Below are positions 49,320-61,450 of a stretch of DNA of 64,000 nucleotides, in pieces. Origin of the DNA: Camelus ferus (taxonomy: Eukaryota); assembly GCF_009834535.1 (NCBI RefSeq), contig NC_045697.1, positions 79,176,001 through 79,240,000 of the forward strand, written 5' to 3'. The notes under the pieces are model-generated. The model was not told the origin of the DNA. It searched no databases and saw only the letters and a list, made by a program, of their open reading frames with translations. Within the stretch, counting starts at the first letter, position 1; the number at the start of each line of letters is the position of its first letter. The position numbers and the translations under genes are program-made.

Positions 49320-50590
49320 TCCATTAAGTAAAATGACCTCTCATCACCTTGTCCAAATCCAAAGGCCACTTTTTAGACTTCATCTTTTTCTTTCTCTTTG
49401 CAGTGTTGGCACTGTTGACTCCTCTAAATTCGCTGCTTTGATTTTCGTTATCACCACGCACTTCTGACTTTTCTCTGACATCTCTGGCTGCGCTTCCCTT
49501 TTTCTGTTTCTCTGCCCACTTCATGCACTGCGTTCTGCTCTCTGCCTCCTTTCTCTCACCGTGTGTTCACCTTGGGTGAAGTATGTCTCTCCACTACACC
49601 AATACACACCAGGATACTGAAGGCCGGGTCTTTCCTCTCCCCGAGTTCCCAACTCTTGTATCCAGATGTAAACATCTATCTACTACCAAACATCTCTCTC
49701 CTGCATCCTACAGGCATCTCACACGAAACATTTTCCACATTGGACTCATAATTTACCTCCTCCATCATTATTTTTATGTTGACATCTGTCACTAAATTCA
49801 TCCAGCTGCTCAAGCTAAACACTTAGGAGCCACTCTAGACTCCTTACTTCTTTACCAAGAATATCTAATCAATTTTGAAGTCATGTTGATTCCATTCCCT
49901 AACTATCTCTGGAAACCACCCATATCTGTCTATTCTTGCTTCAGGCCCTCGACATTTTGCACCATATCCTGATCTCCTCAAGTCCTCAGCCTCTAGTCTG
50001 CCTGCAGGGTGGTGTTTGAGCAGTTTGTATTGGCTCATGTCTGTCAGGGGCTTGTATGTCAATAGCCCTCATGATCTGCCATCTGCATACTTCTCCAGCC
50101 CCACTTTTCATCCTGCTTTAATATTCCAGATAACTCTAAACTGCAGTAACACTCCGCCACTCATTCTGAACCAAACTTGACCTGCTGTACTCTGTATCAC
50201 CAGTCCTGCTTCTCCTTCCCAGAAGACCATTTCCTTCTTTTGTGAGCTACTTTTTTTGAAAGATCCAATTCAAGCATCACTTCCTCTGGGAAATTTGAAT
50301 GACATCACAGCTCTCTCTCAAAGCAGATGGTCACTTTCTCCTGTTGAATTAGGCATTTCTTAGAACCCAGAGCATTTCTCTACCCCCGAACTTCCGAACT
50401 TACTGCAGTAAATTGTAATGCTTTCTTCTTCTTCTCCTTCTTCTTCTCCTTCTCCTTCTTTTTGTCTCTATCCACAGTTAACTCTTTTTTGAGGACAAAG
50501 ACCTCATCTTTAACTTTGAATTCCAAGTACCTAGCCCAAATGTATAACACATTATAGGTGCCCAATGCAGGTTTGCTAAATAAATAAAAT
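49320..50590 (+). mobile_element. L2 element (fragmented)
   Basis: ccaaatccaaaggccactttt...cagctgctcaagctaaacacttaggagc...aggtgcccaatgcaggtttgctaaataaataa. Confidence 0.7.
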
Positions 50591-51798
50591 TTCATGGATC
50601 CCTACTCTGCTGCCCTATTTCTTTTCTTTAAGTGAGACTTATCATTACCTAAAGCACTCTAGCTCACAAAGGAAATAATTTTTCCCAAGTAGTAAATAAA
50701 AAAACAGATCCATCAACTCAACATTTGAAGAATAAAACATCTGTTTTATTCACATGCATGTAGTGATATCTACACAACTAGTGACAGTAGAAGGTTGTAA
50801 CATTTGAGACATTTTGGACCTGGTCAGACGCCTCTTCTGACTTGGTATTATTTGATAAAACCACATATCCTGAATTCTTGTTCTGCTTAAATATTCTTAA
50901 AGATTTCCCAAAGGAGTACCCTATATTCTGTATCAATAGGCTCACATTTTAAAGCAGTTTGTCCATAGCATGGCCAAGTTTGTGCTTTTGCACTAGTAGG
51001 TTTTTTGGGCTTTTTAAGATTTTACTGTCTGTTCAGAATAACATCTGTCTGGGCTACCTTTATCAAGTGTGAATGAGACCCTCCAGTACGGGATGATCTT
51101 GATCTGATGAACTGACTGCCTCTTTAGAATCAGCTTTGTCCCTTCTTGGCTGTACAACCACAACCAAGTCACCTAATCACTGTAGGCCTCAATTTTCTCA
51201 TAGCTGACGTGAGCATAACTTTTAATTATGTCTTACTGCTGTTATGAGAATCAAATGAGCTGATACCCAGGCCCTGTGACAGTGCCTAGGAACAGCAACA
51301 CTAGCTGTTATTAAGCTCAGTGGAGGCTGCGTAGGCTGGCACTGGGCTTCAGCTACTTGCTGCGAAATTTTGACAGAGTGCTAAATTTTGACAGCATTAC
51401 AGAATCATAAATTTGGAAGGGACTTTAGACGCCTTAGCAAACCCCCCTAATTTTAGAGCTGAGGAAATTGAGGTCTAGCACGGAGAGGTGATCTGCCTAA
51501 ATGCACACAACTGGTTTGTGACGGAGCCAGCATCTCCTAGGGCGTGATCAATGCAAAGAGCAGGCACCTGGGAGCAAGAGCCTTACTGTGTGATCGGGAT
51601 CCAACAGAAGTGGATAGATGAGAGTTCAGGGAACTCATGAACAGGCAGTATTTAAAGATCTAAGAAGCCAAGGAAGCAGGTCTCTCCTACCCACCATAAA
51701 TGACACTCTCAAACTGTTCACCAATGCTAAATATAGTTAATAATAACAACTTAAGTATTTATTATTCATTAATGCTTATTTATTGAGCATAGTCTGTA

Positions 51799-52858
51799 TG
51801 CTAGTCCTCCCTTACCTATGGTTTTGCTTCCCATGGTTTTAGTTACCCTCTATCTGGAAATATTACATGAAAAATTCCAGAAATAAACAATTCCTAGGTT
51901 TTAAATCATGCGCCCTTCTGAGTACCTGTGATGAAATCTCGCGCGTTCTGGCTTTGTCCCTGGAGAGGAGACCGGTCTCTGTCCAGCTCCGCCCTCCCGC
52001 CCATTAGTCACTTAGCAGCCATCTTTGTTCATCAGATCGCAGCGCTGCCTTCAGGTCACCCTTATTTTACTTAATAATGGCCCCAAAGAGCCAGAGGAGT
52101 GATGTTGGCAATTCGGATATGCCAAAGAGAAGCTGTAAAGTGCTTCCTTTACGTAAGGTGGTGAAAGTTCTTGACTTAGTAAGGAAGGAAAAATATTGTA
52201 TGCTGAGTTTGTTAAGATCTACGGTAAGAACGAATCCTCTATTTGTGAATTTATGATGAGGGAAAATGAAATTCATGCTAGTTTTGCTGTTGCACCTCAC
52301 ACTGCTAATGTTTTGGCCACAATGGCTGCTAAGTGTGTGTTAAAATAGAAAGGTGTTTAATTTGTACAGTAAGATATTTGAGAGAGACCGAGACAGAGAA
52401 AGATCATATTCAGGTAACTTTTAGTACAGTATATTGTTATAATTGTTCTATTTTATTGTGAGTTGTTGTTAATCTCTTACTGTGTCTAATATAAATTAAA
52501 CTTTATCATAGGTATGTATGTAGGGTGTATATAGGGTTTGGTACTATCGACAGAAATTCAGTTGGCAATCAAGTTAAGAAATCCTTGTTAGTGTCAGAAG
52601 AAAGGTCAAAAAAAAGATCTTTGCAGTCTAGCAGGCGTTCCCACCTTTGAGGGGTCTGGTTAGTGTGCAGTGCGTATAAAAATTGCACATTAATGGGGGA
52701 GGGACAAGGCCCAAAGGGGCAAAGAGAGAGAATTTTATGCTTAAATTTTCTTGTCCTGCCTTAAAATATAAATTTTATTTCATGACTACTATCCACGGTT
52801 TCAGGCATCCACTGGAGTGTCTCAGAACCTATCTCCCGTAGATAAGGGGAGACTACTG
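51799..52858 (+). mobile_element. MER44 (Tigger7-derived) DNA transposon
   Basis: tagtcctcccttacc ... gataaggggagactactg TA inverted ends; aaaattccagaaataaacaattc internal motif. Confidence 0.8.
52549..52786. mobile_element. 238-bp LTR-like insertion inside MER44
   Basis: Interrupts MER44 and is flanked by direct repeats TACTATC (52542-52548 and 52787-52793). Confidence 0.55.
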
Positions 52859-53130
52859 TATGTCAGTCTTCTTGCTACAAGGTTTTTTTACATTATCTTA
52901 TTTAATACTCAGTACAGTTTTGTGAGTCAGGTACTACCATTAATAGTATTTGCTTAATAAATGGCAATAAATTATGTCCACCGCTTTGCTAAGCTATTAC
53001 CATGACTCTGTTTCTCTACCTCATGCAATACACATCCTCCACCTCTAATTCCAACCATTTACTAGAGCTATGCCAATCATCTCTTATCTCCTTTTATTAC
53101 CTGGAAGAGGGGAATAAGAGTTACCTCAGT

Positions 53131-53705
53131 TCTTAGTCACCCCCCAAAAATGAATTTTTAATGAGAGACAGAAAACATGATATAAACAAGATTTTATTAA
53201 TAAAGTAAAAAGATAATAAAATATAGTACACTCCCGAGAATTGGGAGCGGGCCAACCCAAGAGAGGAAAAATGATGCCGCTCCTTTGTTTTTCCTGTTTT
53301 TATATCCTGGCTTAGGGGGCTTTTTTGTGTGTGTGATTGATTCACGGCTCAGGTTCTTTGAGTGCTCATGCTGACTGACAGCTCAGGTTCCTTGTGCTCA
53401 GGCACGCCCATCTCTTTTAGGCATGTTCTTACCCATGATGCACACAGAGAAACCCACGGGAGGGGCTCAAACTGCAATGTTAATTACATTATAATGAGCA
53501 TTGGGTCAAGTTAAGCCGGGTCCTCCTCTTTATTGTGCAGCTGCAGCATTGGATCCTAGGCGGCTTCTTAGCTGGCCTCATTTAGAGAAAGTAAACATTT
53601 TTGGAGCCCCTTATCTTGAGTGCAGGTGTGCTGTTATTTTCTGGGTTGCTTCTTCCCCCTTCCTCTCCTCCTGCCCGGTGCTCATTTCTATCTCACTGCC
53701 TAACA
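53131..53705 (-). mobile_element. ERV1-like LTR
   Basis: ttttattaataaag...tacactcccgagaattgggagcgggcc...aattacattataatgagc...ctgcctaaca; TSD not resolved. Confidence 0.55.
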
Positions 53706-54859
53706 CTTTGAGTTGGATGACGTACCTGCCAGACTTTCCTCAGTACCTACAGCTGTGTCTGTCCTTCAGCGTGCCTACCTGACTTGAACACGTAACTCCA
53801 GACAAGGTTCCAGCCTTACTCCAGTCTTTTCCATTCTGCTATTAACTGCACCATGCCTGCCCTACACGTGACAGGAGAGACCTTTCTCTAGAAGAGGTTT
53901 AATAAAGGTTAACATTCACTGATGAGGGGTTGGCCATTGGGACCAGTCACTGTGTCAGGTGGAATGTGGGGCCGGCAGAGTGGTGAGGATGTCTAGTTCT
54001 AAAGCAAGGCTGGAAGAAAACCAGAAGATAACACACGCAGAAACCATGCCTAAGTTAGCCGCAGGACTGAGTGAAAGGAAGCGCCACCAAAATATGAACA
54101 GTGTCACAATGTTTTGTTAAATCACTTCTAAATATATGTGGGCATCGCAATTGAGAGGCAAGAATCAGGCTGCTCAGTTATAGTCAAAGAATACTTAGGT
54201 ATTAACTTAGTATGTTTTAAAAATTATACACTTTTAGTAAATTCCTTGTAAATATTGTAACTGTACAGAAACAATGATATCAAAATATGGTGCTTATTTT
54301 TTAGTGGGACCATGGGTAATTCTTATTTTCTTTTTTACCATATTTTTCCTCCATATATTCTACAATCACACTGTTTTCTCTCGTAATAATAAAATGTTTA
54401 AAAAATCTAAATTCTTAGAAAAATATATCAGAGATAAATAACTATGGCACAATCTTCAAGGCTTTTATGATTTAAATACTTCTTGATCGAGCCTACGGGG
54501 AAGCATCCAGTAAGCTGGTAATGCCTCTCACTTGCAAACCAGTAGCCGCTGTGAATGAAAAAGGAAGTCAGAGTGAAAGAACAGAAAAGCATTGCTTATT
54601 GTGCAACAGATAGATTTCAGAAGTTCCACAGTGTCTCAACATAATAATTCCCCCAAGTCACCTTAGAGGAAAAGCTTTTAAGTGCAACTGCACAGGTACA
54701 AAGTTAGAGGCTGAGTGGACATGAGGAGTTCCCCTGGCCAAAGTTTCCCCAAATGATATGCCCCTTCAGGTTACCCCATCTGCTGCCACTCAGCCTCTTC
54801 TAAATGCACAGCTCATCTAAGAGCTGGCCTTTCATTTCACATTCCTGGGAAGGTGGAGT

Positions 54860-56580
54860 CATTAACTGAGGCAGATCAAAAGTTCAATATGGACATGTTG
54901 AGAATGTGATGCTTATTGGATATCCAAGTACAGACATCAAATAAACAGTTGAAAATATACTTATGAAAAGTTCAAGAGAAAGGTTTGGACTGGAGATAGA
55001 AATTAGATGATTGTCAACCAATAAAACCGTGGACTGAATGAAATCACCAAGGAGTGGGTTTAGATGGGGGGGGGGGGGGAGACTGAGCCATTGCATGTTC
55101 CTACATGATGGTGCCTAGGAGAAGAAGAGAGCCAACCAAAAAGGTTGAGGAGTCATCAGTGAGTTGGAAGGAAAACCATAAAAGCATGGTGTCCTAGAGG
55201 GTGTTAGAGGAGGAAGGGTCTGTGTCACATGCTATTGGCAGCTCAGCTAAGATGAGGAGTGAGAGCTGACCATTGGATTTATGTATGTGGAGCTTATCAG
55301 TGACGGAGACCAGGGCGATTTCAGTGGAACAGAAGTCTGAGTGGAGTGCATTTAAGAGAGAATGGGAAAAGACAGGTTGAACGCTCTAGTAGGGACAAGT
55401 CTTTCAAGGAATTTTGTTGCAAAGGGCAATAGCTACTGACAAGAGACTTTTCTTCTAAGATGGAGGAAATTATGGCTTGTTTGTACCCTGATAGGCACAA
55501 GCAAGTGAAGAGCAAAAGCTTAAGGATGTAAGAAACAGAGAGAGAGAGAAAAGCGGCATCAGTGTGCTTGAGTAGAGAGAGGAGTTGAAATTATTGTGTG
55601 TGGGGTGATTGGTTTTAGATAAAAGAATGGGTGATTCATCTGACAGCAGGTGGGAAGGCAGAGTATGGGGTGCAGCTGCTGTTAGATTGGTAGAGGAGGG
55701 TGAGAGTCCATCGAAGTCCTCCTCTGTTTGCTGAGAGTGAGGGTAGAGGAGGAGAGGAGAGAAAGTGTGAATAGGCACCTAAGAGATTGGAAGGTGAATG
55801 GACCCCAGGAGTGCAGTGCGATTGCCCGGCAGCATTAATGGTTGAGGTTCAGAGTCAGAAATTTAAAGTGAGAACAGGTGGCACGGTTATGTCCCTCCCC
55901 ACCAGCATTGCTTAGTTGTGTTAAAGTTGGATTTAACTAGAGTTGTGATTTTGACGTGCAAATATTAAAAATGAAGTCAAAAGTGTACGCTGGTAATGAT
56001 TATCATGGTTGACCATGGAAATTAAGATGGATAAAGAGAAGAGAGAGGACTGCAAGGGGTTGAGGGTCCATGGGAAGGTGGTAGGGTCAGTGGATTAGAA
56101 ATCCCAGTGGAAGTTTAGGATTGTTGGATTTGGGAGACTCAAAAGGGACAAGATGGATGGCAGTAGCAGAGAGTGGGATACATAAACTTGAAAGTATGGA
56201 AGAGTAGTTGTTTTTGGTAATAACAAAGTCTATGCTGAATGACCTTTAGAATGAATGCCTAAGGGTGGGTGAAGGACAAGATCTTTGAAGAAAAGATTTC
56301 AAGGAACTCAGAGCCCCTTAATCATTATATAATTGAAATCTCCAAGAATAGAAATGTTTTGGAAAGAGTAGCAATGATCCAGAAATTAAATGCCTTCAGA
56401 GTTGGCAGTTGACAGCAACAATGAAGGGCGGTGGGTGACAACATGAGAGTCAAAGCTGGGAGGAGGAGTGTACAGATTGAACAAGGGAGGAGAAAGTAAA
56501 GTCCAAAGTGGCAATAAAGGACAGGAGACTGCTTATCCAGAACTGGTGGTTCAGAGATGATAGAAGCATAAGATGACCCT
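54860..56580 (-). mobile_element. Long L2 fragment
   Basis: gttcaatatggacatgttgag...ggagatagaaattag...aagatgaggagtgagagctgaccattggattt. Confidence 0.75.
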
Positions 56581-57287
56581 GGAGAGATTTTTCAGGCTGG
56601 TTGAAAGATGTACAGCACTATAAAATGTAGTGTACTCCCATTTTTAACATATAAAAAAGTAGTGGTGGTTATTGCAAACTCTCTTAGCAAATTTTTTGTG
56701 TAAATAACTAGGGGGATTCCTTCTCTCTGGCAAGCCACGAAAGTAATACATAATTTTTTTTTTAAGTCAGTGAATGAAAATTTCAGAACTTCAAGAGACA
56801 AAATATCATCCAGAAGGGTTTTTCAGCAAAAGCTTTTTATTTCCCGCATAACAAAATTATCAGATAGTACCACCCCTAATAGTTTAGACCAATAGTGAGG
56901 TTTCTCTCCTTCATGCTTGAACTGTTTCAAAAGTCTAAGGAGAGATTTGAAACCCCCTCTTCTAAGGGAATGGGGGGAAAAGACCAAAAGAGATTTGTAC
57001 CCCATCAGGCACTTTGGACAGGATCTGGTCTTCCCTGACGTGATATTCCTCCTCCTTGTGTATCGAAAGTGAAGATCAGTGATGACCAATTGTAACTTCA
57101 CTCTCATTGTGGACACAGGAACGTGAGTTCCTCTTTTATCTGGATGTTTCAGGTGGCAAGCATGCAACAATGCCCGTGACATAATGCAGGAAATAAGGAG
57201 TAGAGATTATTTCTTACTCTGTTTATACTTTTATTATAACAAGGACTTCTGTGTTTAACTTTTTGTTGTTGTTTTTTTCTTACCTAG

Positions 57288-57339
57288 AAAGTTCTTCTAA
57301 ATCAGAAATGGATTGAAGTCTAATAAACACAGATTTGAG
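57288..57339 (+). other. ALPK1: ALPK1 non-coding exon 2 (52 nt)
   Basis: Long T-rich tract, cctag|AAAGTTCTTCTAAATCAGAAATGGATTGAAG...TTTGAG|gtgagt; resembles the next segment of the human ALPK1 5' UTR as recalled. Confidence 0.75.
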
Positions 57340-57509
57340 GTGAGTTTTCATATGAAACGTTTCAGTTCAACTCTTTTTTACTAATGATGTAGCTATACAT
57401 AGTTGTCGTAGAAAATACAAAAAGAAGGGGAAAATAATCAAAAAATATTACTTAGAGGCAAAGAGTCTTAATATTTTGGTGTATTTCCTTCTGATTATTT
57501 TTAAGTTAT

Positions 57510-59930
57510 TTTCTTAAATTGTGATCAAATAACATAAAATTTACTTCTGTAACTATTTTTAAGTGTACAGTTTAGTGGTGTTAATTTACATTCGCATTGT
57601 TGTACTACCATCACTCCCGTCCATCCATGGAATTCTTTTCATCATGCAAAACGGCAATTGTGTACCTTTAAACAGTCACTTATCATTCTCCCCTCTCCCC
57701 ATCTCAGCAATCACCATTCCACTTTCTGTCTCTGTGAATTTGACAACTCTTGGTACCTCATGTGAGTAGAATCATGCAATATTTGTCCTTTTGTGATTGG
57801 CTTATTTCACTTAGTATAATTTCCTCAAAATTAATCCATGTTGTAGCAGTTGCCAACATTCTCTTTTTAAGGCTGAATAATATTCTGTTGTATGTATATA
57901 CTACGTTTTGTTTATGCACTTATGCACTTATCTGTTGATGGACACATAGGTTGTTTCCACCTTTTTTGGCTATTGAAAATAGTGCTGTCTGCAGTCACTA
58001 TGGAGAACAGTATGGAGATTCCTTAAAAAAACTAAAAATAGAGTTGCCATATGATCTAGAAATCCCACTCCTGGGCATATGTCTGGAGAAAACTTGAAAT
58101 GAAACATGCACCCCAGTGTTCTTGCAGCCCTATTTACAATAGCCAAGACATAGAAACAACCTAAGTGTCCATTGACAGGTGAATGGATAAAGAAATTGTG
58201 GTATACATATATATATATATATATAAAATCCATATATATAATGGAATACTACTCAGCCATAAAAAGAATGAAATAATGCCATTTGCAGCAACATGGGTGA
58301 AACTAGAGATTATCATACTAAGTGAAGTAAGTCAGACAGAAAAAGAGAAATATCATACAATATCACTATACATGTGGAATTGAACAAAATGATACAAATG
58401 AACTTATTTACAAAACAGAAATAGTCTCACAGACAGAAAACAAACTTATGGTTACCAAAGAGGAAAGGACGGTGAAGGATAAATTAGGAGTTTGGGATTA
58501 ACATCTATATACTAGTATACATAAAATAGATAAATAACAAGGACCTACTGTATGGCATAGGGAACTATAGTACATACCTTGTAATAACCTATAATGGAAA
58601 AAGAATCTGGAAAAGAATATATATATGTATATGTATAATTAAATTACTTTGCTGTGCACCTGAAAGTAATATAACATTGTAAATCAACTTTACTTCAATT
58701 AAAAAAAAAAAAACTTTAAAAGCCTAAGAAAATAATTTGAAAAAGAATAGATTTATATATACATATAACTGAATCACTTTGCTATATACCTGAAACATTG
58801 TAAAGGAACTATACTTCAACAAAAAATGAAAAAAAAGTTATTCACAAATAATAGACACACACACAAAAAGAAGAAAATATTGCTGTTATGAACATGGTGT
58901 ACAGATATCTCTTCAAGTCCCTGTTTCAGTTACTTTAGGTTTTGTACTCAGAAATGAAATTGCTGGATCATATGATTATTCTATTTTTAATTTTTTGAGG
59001 AACCACTATACTGTTTCTCATAGCAGCTGCACCATTTTATATTCCCACCAAGAGTGTACTAAGGTTCCAATTTCTACACATCCTGGTCAACACTTTTTCT
59101 GTTCCTTTTTTTTTTTTCATAGTAGCCATCCTAATAAATGTGAGGTGGTATCTCATTCTGATTTGATTTTCATCCCCTTAATGATTAGTGATGTTGAGTA
59201 TCTTTACATATGCTTATTGGTCACTTGTATATCTTCTTTGAAGGAATGTTCCAGTGTTTTGACTATTTTTCGGATTGGGTTGTTTGTGTTTTTGTTGTTT
59301 GGTGGTAGGAATTCTTTACATATTCTGGATTGTAACTCCTTATCAGCTATATGATTTGCAGATATCTTTCTCATTCCGTAAGTTTCCTTTTCACTCTGTT
59401 TATGTCCTTTGATGCACAGAAGATTTTAATTTTGATGTAGTCTAAGTTGTTTTGTTGCCTGTGCCTTTGGGATCATAGCCAAGAAATCATTGCAAAATCC
59501 AATTTCATGAAGATTTCCTCCTGTGTTTTCTTTTAAGAGTTTTGTAGTTTTAGCTCTTATGTTTTTGAGTTAGTTTTTGTTTATGGTGTAAGGTTGGGTA
59601 TACCTTTATTCTTTTGCACAGGATATTCAGTTTTCTGAGAACCTTTTATTGAAAAGATTGTCCTTTCCCCACTGAATGGTCTTAGCACCCTTGTTGAAAA
59701 TCATTTGGCCGTATGTGTGAGGATTTATTTCTGGGCTCTCATTTCTATTCCATTGGTCTATATGTCTGTCATTATGCCAATACCACAGTGTTTTGATTAC
59801 TGGAGCTTTGTAGTAAGTTTTGAAATCAAGAAAGGTAAAACCTCCAACATTGTTTTTTAAGGATCATTTTGATTATTTAGGGTCCCTTAAGATTTCAGTG
59901 TGGATTTTTGCTATTTCTGGAAAAAAAAAT
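57510..59930 (-). mobile_element. Old L1 (L1MA/MB-type), antisense, split by a younger L1
   Basis: L1 3' UTR (57510-57988) continues at 58873 (attgctggatcatatg...gaggaaccac) into antisense ORF2 sequence. Confidence 0.85.
57989..58872 (+). mobile_element. Younger L1 3' end, sense
   Basis: KKNEIMPFAATW-type L1 end; TSD GAAAATAGTGCTGT (57975-57988) / GAAAATATTGCTGT (58873-58886). Confidence 0.88.
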
Positions 59931-60801
59931 CATTGGTCTTCAGTGACTTTTTTATATAATTGCTATCACTCTGTATAAACAATTTTATATTCTGCTTTTT
60001 CTTAACATTGTAATATAGGTATCCTATTAAAAATAAACATTAGTTCTTTTTATTCAAACACTTCATATTTTACAGTGACTACATAAAGGAAAATATATAA
60101 ATGTAAGTATAACTAAAAGATTAGAAAATATTTATACCTCAAATTATGTGACCTCTGTATACTTTAAATACTAAAAATGATTCAAGACATGTCAGAGTAT
60201 TAAGGTGAAATATTTATATTAAGTGAGTATGAAGGAATGACAACCAATTGCATTAGTTTAAAAGATTGTTAAATTATATACTTATACTACTTTTGATGAC
60301 TCTTTTCAATTCATTTATTTACTTAACAAACATTACTGAGTTGCTGTAGATTTTGAAGCCCTGGAATCTAGATATGAATTAGATAGGGTCTTCACCCTCA
60401 GAGAAAGGGATAAATGCTAAAATTTGATTACAGTCTAGTATGAATCATGAGCTTTATTTTTAAATATTTATATTAAACATATGGGGAAGTAGGGTAGCCC
60501 CATTTAGAGATGAGGAAAATAACATTCATTGCAGAAGGGCTGAGCTACCTGTCAGAGGTGACACGGAGATTAAGCGGTAGGGCTAGGATACAAGCTCAGG
60601 GTTGTCTGCCTCCACATCTCATGTTCTTTTCACTCTCCCAGGTTGCCTTTCAGTTTTTATGGCCCAGTAGAGGAGACAGGAGTTATACAGCTAATGGTAA
60701 CAATTAGTTCTGCCAGATAAGAGTTAAGAAAGACTTTAGAGAAGTGGCATTATAATCTAACACTTGAAAACTCAGGATTTCATTAAAGATGAGGCGAGCA
60801 G

Positions 60802-61450
60802 CATTCATTCATTCATTCATTCATTCATTCATTCATTCATTCATTCACAGAGGTGCACTGAGCTTTTCCTGTGTGTTAGTCACACTGCTAGCTCCAGCTG
60901 TGTGCTGGAGATTTGAAAGACAACCTGTGAGACACTGGCCACCCTCAGGAGTCATAGTCTCTTGGGAGATAGTAAAGTAACTGATGTATGACAGAGCCTC
61001 ATGCCAAGCTCTGCCACAGTCAAAAACAAAGAGCTGGGGACCCTATTCCAGGATACCAAGGGCAAGTGCTCCAGGGCAGAAACTGTGTTGCATTGCCGAT
61101 ACAGCTGGGGATGGCAGGTTGGACCCTCCATGCTAAGTTCAGATGCTTGGACTTCATCCTACAGGCAACAGCAAGCCGACAGACATTTTAAAGTAGAGAA
61201 GTGACACAGTTAGTTCTGCTTTTAAGAAGCTATTTGGCAGTGCATGAAGGGCAGACTATGGGAACAGGGAAAGAGACAGGTAGCAGAAAAACCAGTGTAG
61301 AGGCTAACGGTCCTAACTGGAGGTGGAGAGGACCCGGTACAGGCTGCAACAGGAGACAATGAGAGAGCAGAGACCATGTTTATGAAGAGAAGCTGGCAGA
61401 CTTTGTCGACTGTAGGATGTGTAGTGAGAATAAGATAGGAGTCGAGAGAA
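60802..61450 (-). mobile_element. L2 3' end with expanded (ATTC)n tail (60802-60847)
   Basis: About 11 ATTC units followed by antisense L2-like sequence. Confidence 0.65.

Noticed and set aside
56823..57182. 119-aa minus-strand ORF
   Set aside because: No recognisable homology or convincing splice boundaries; region better explained as regulatory
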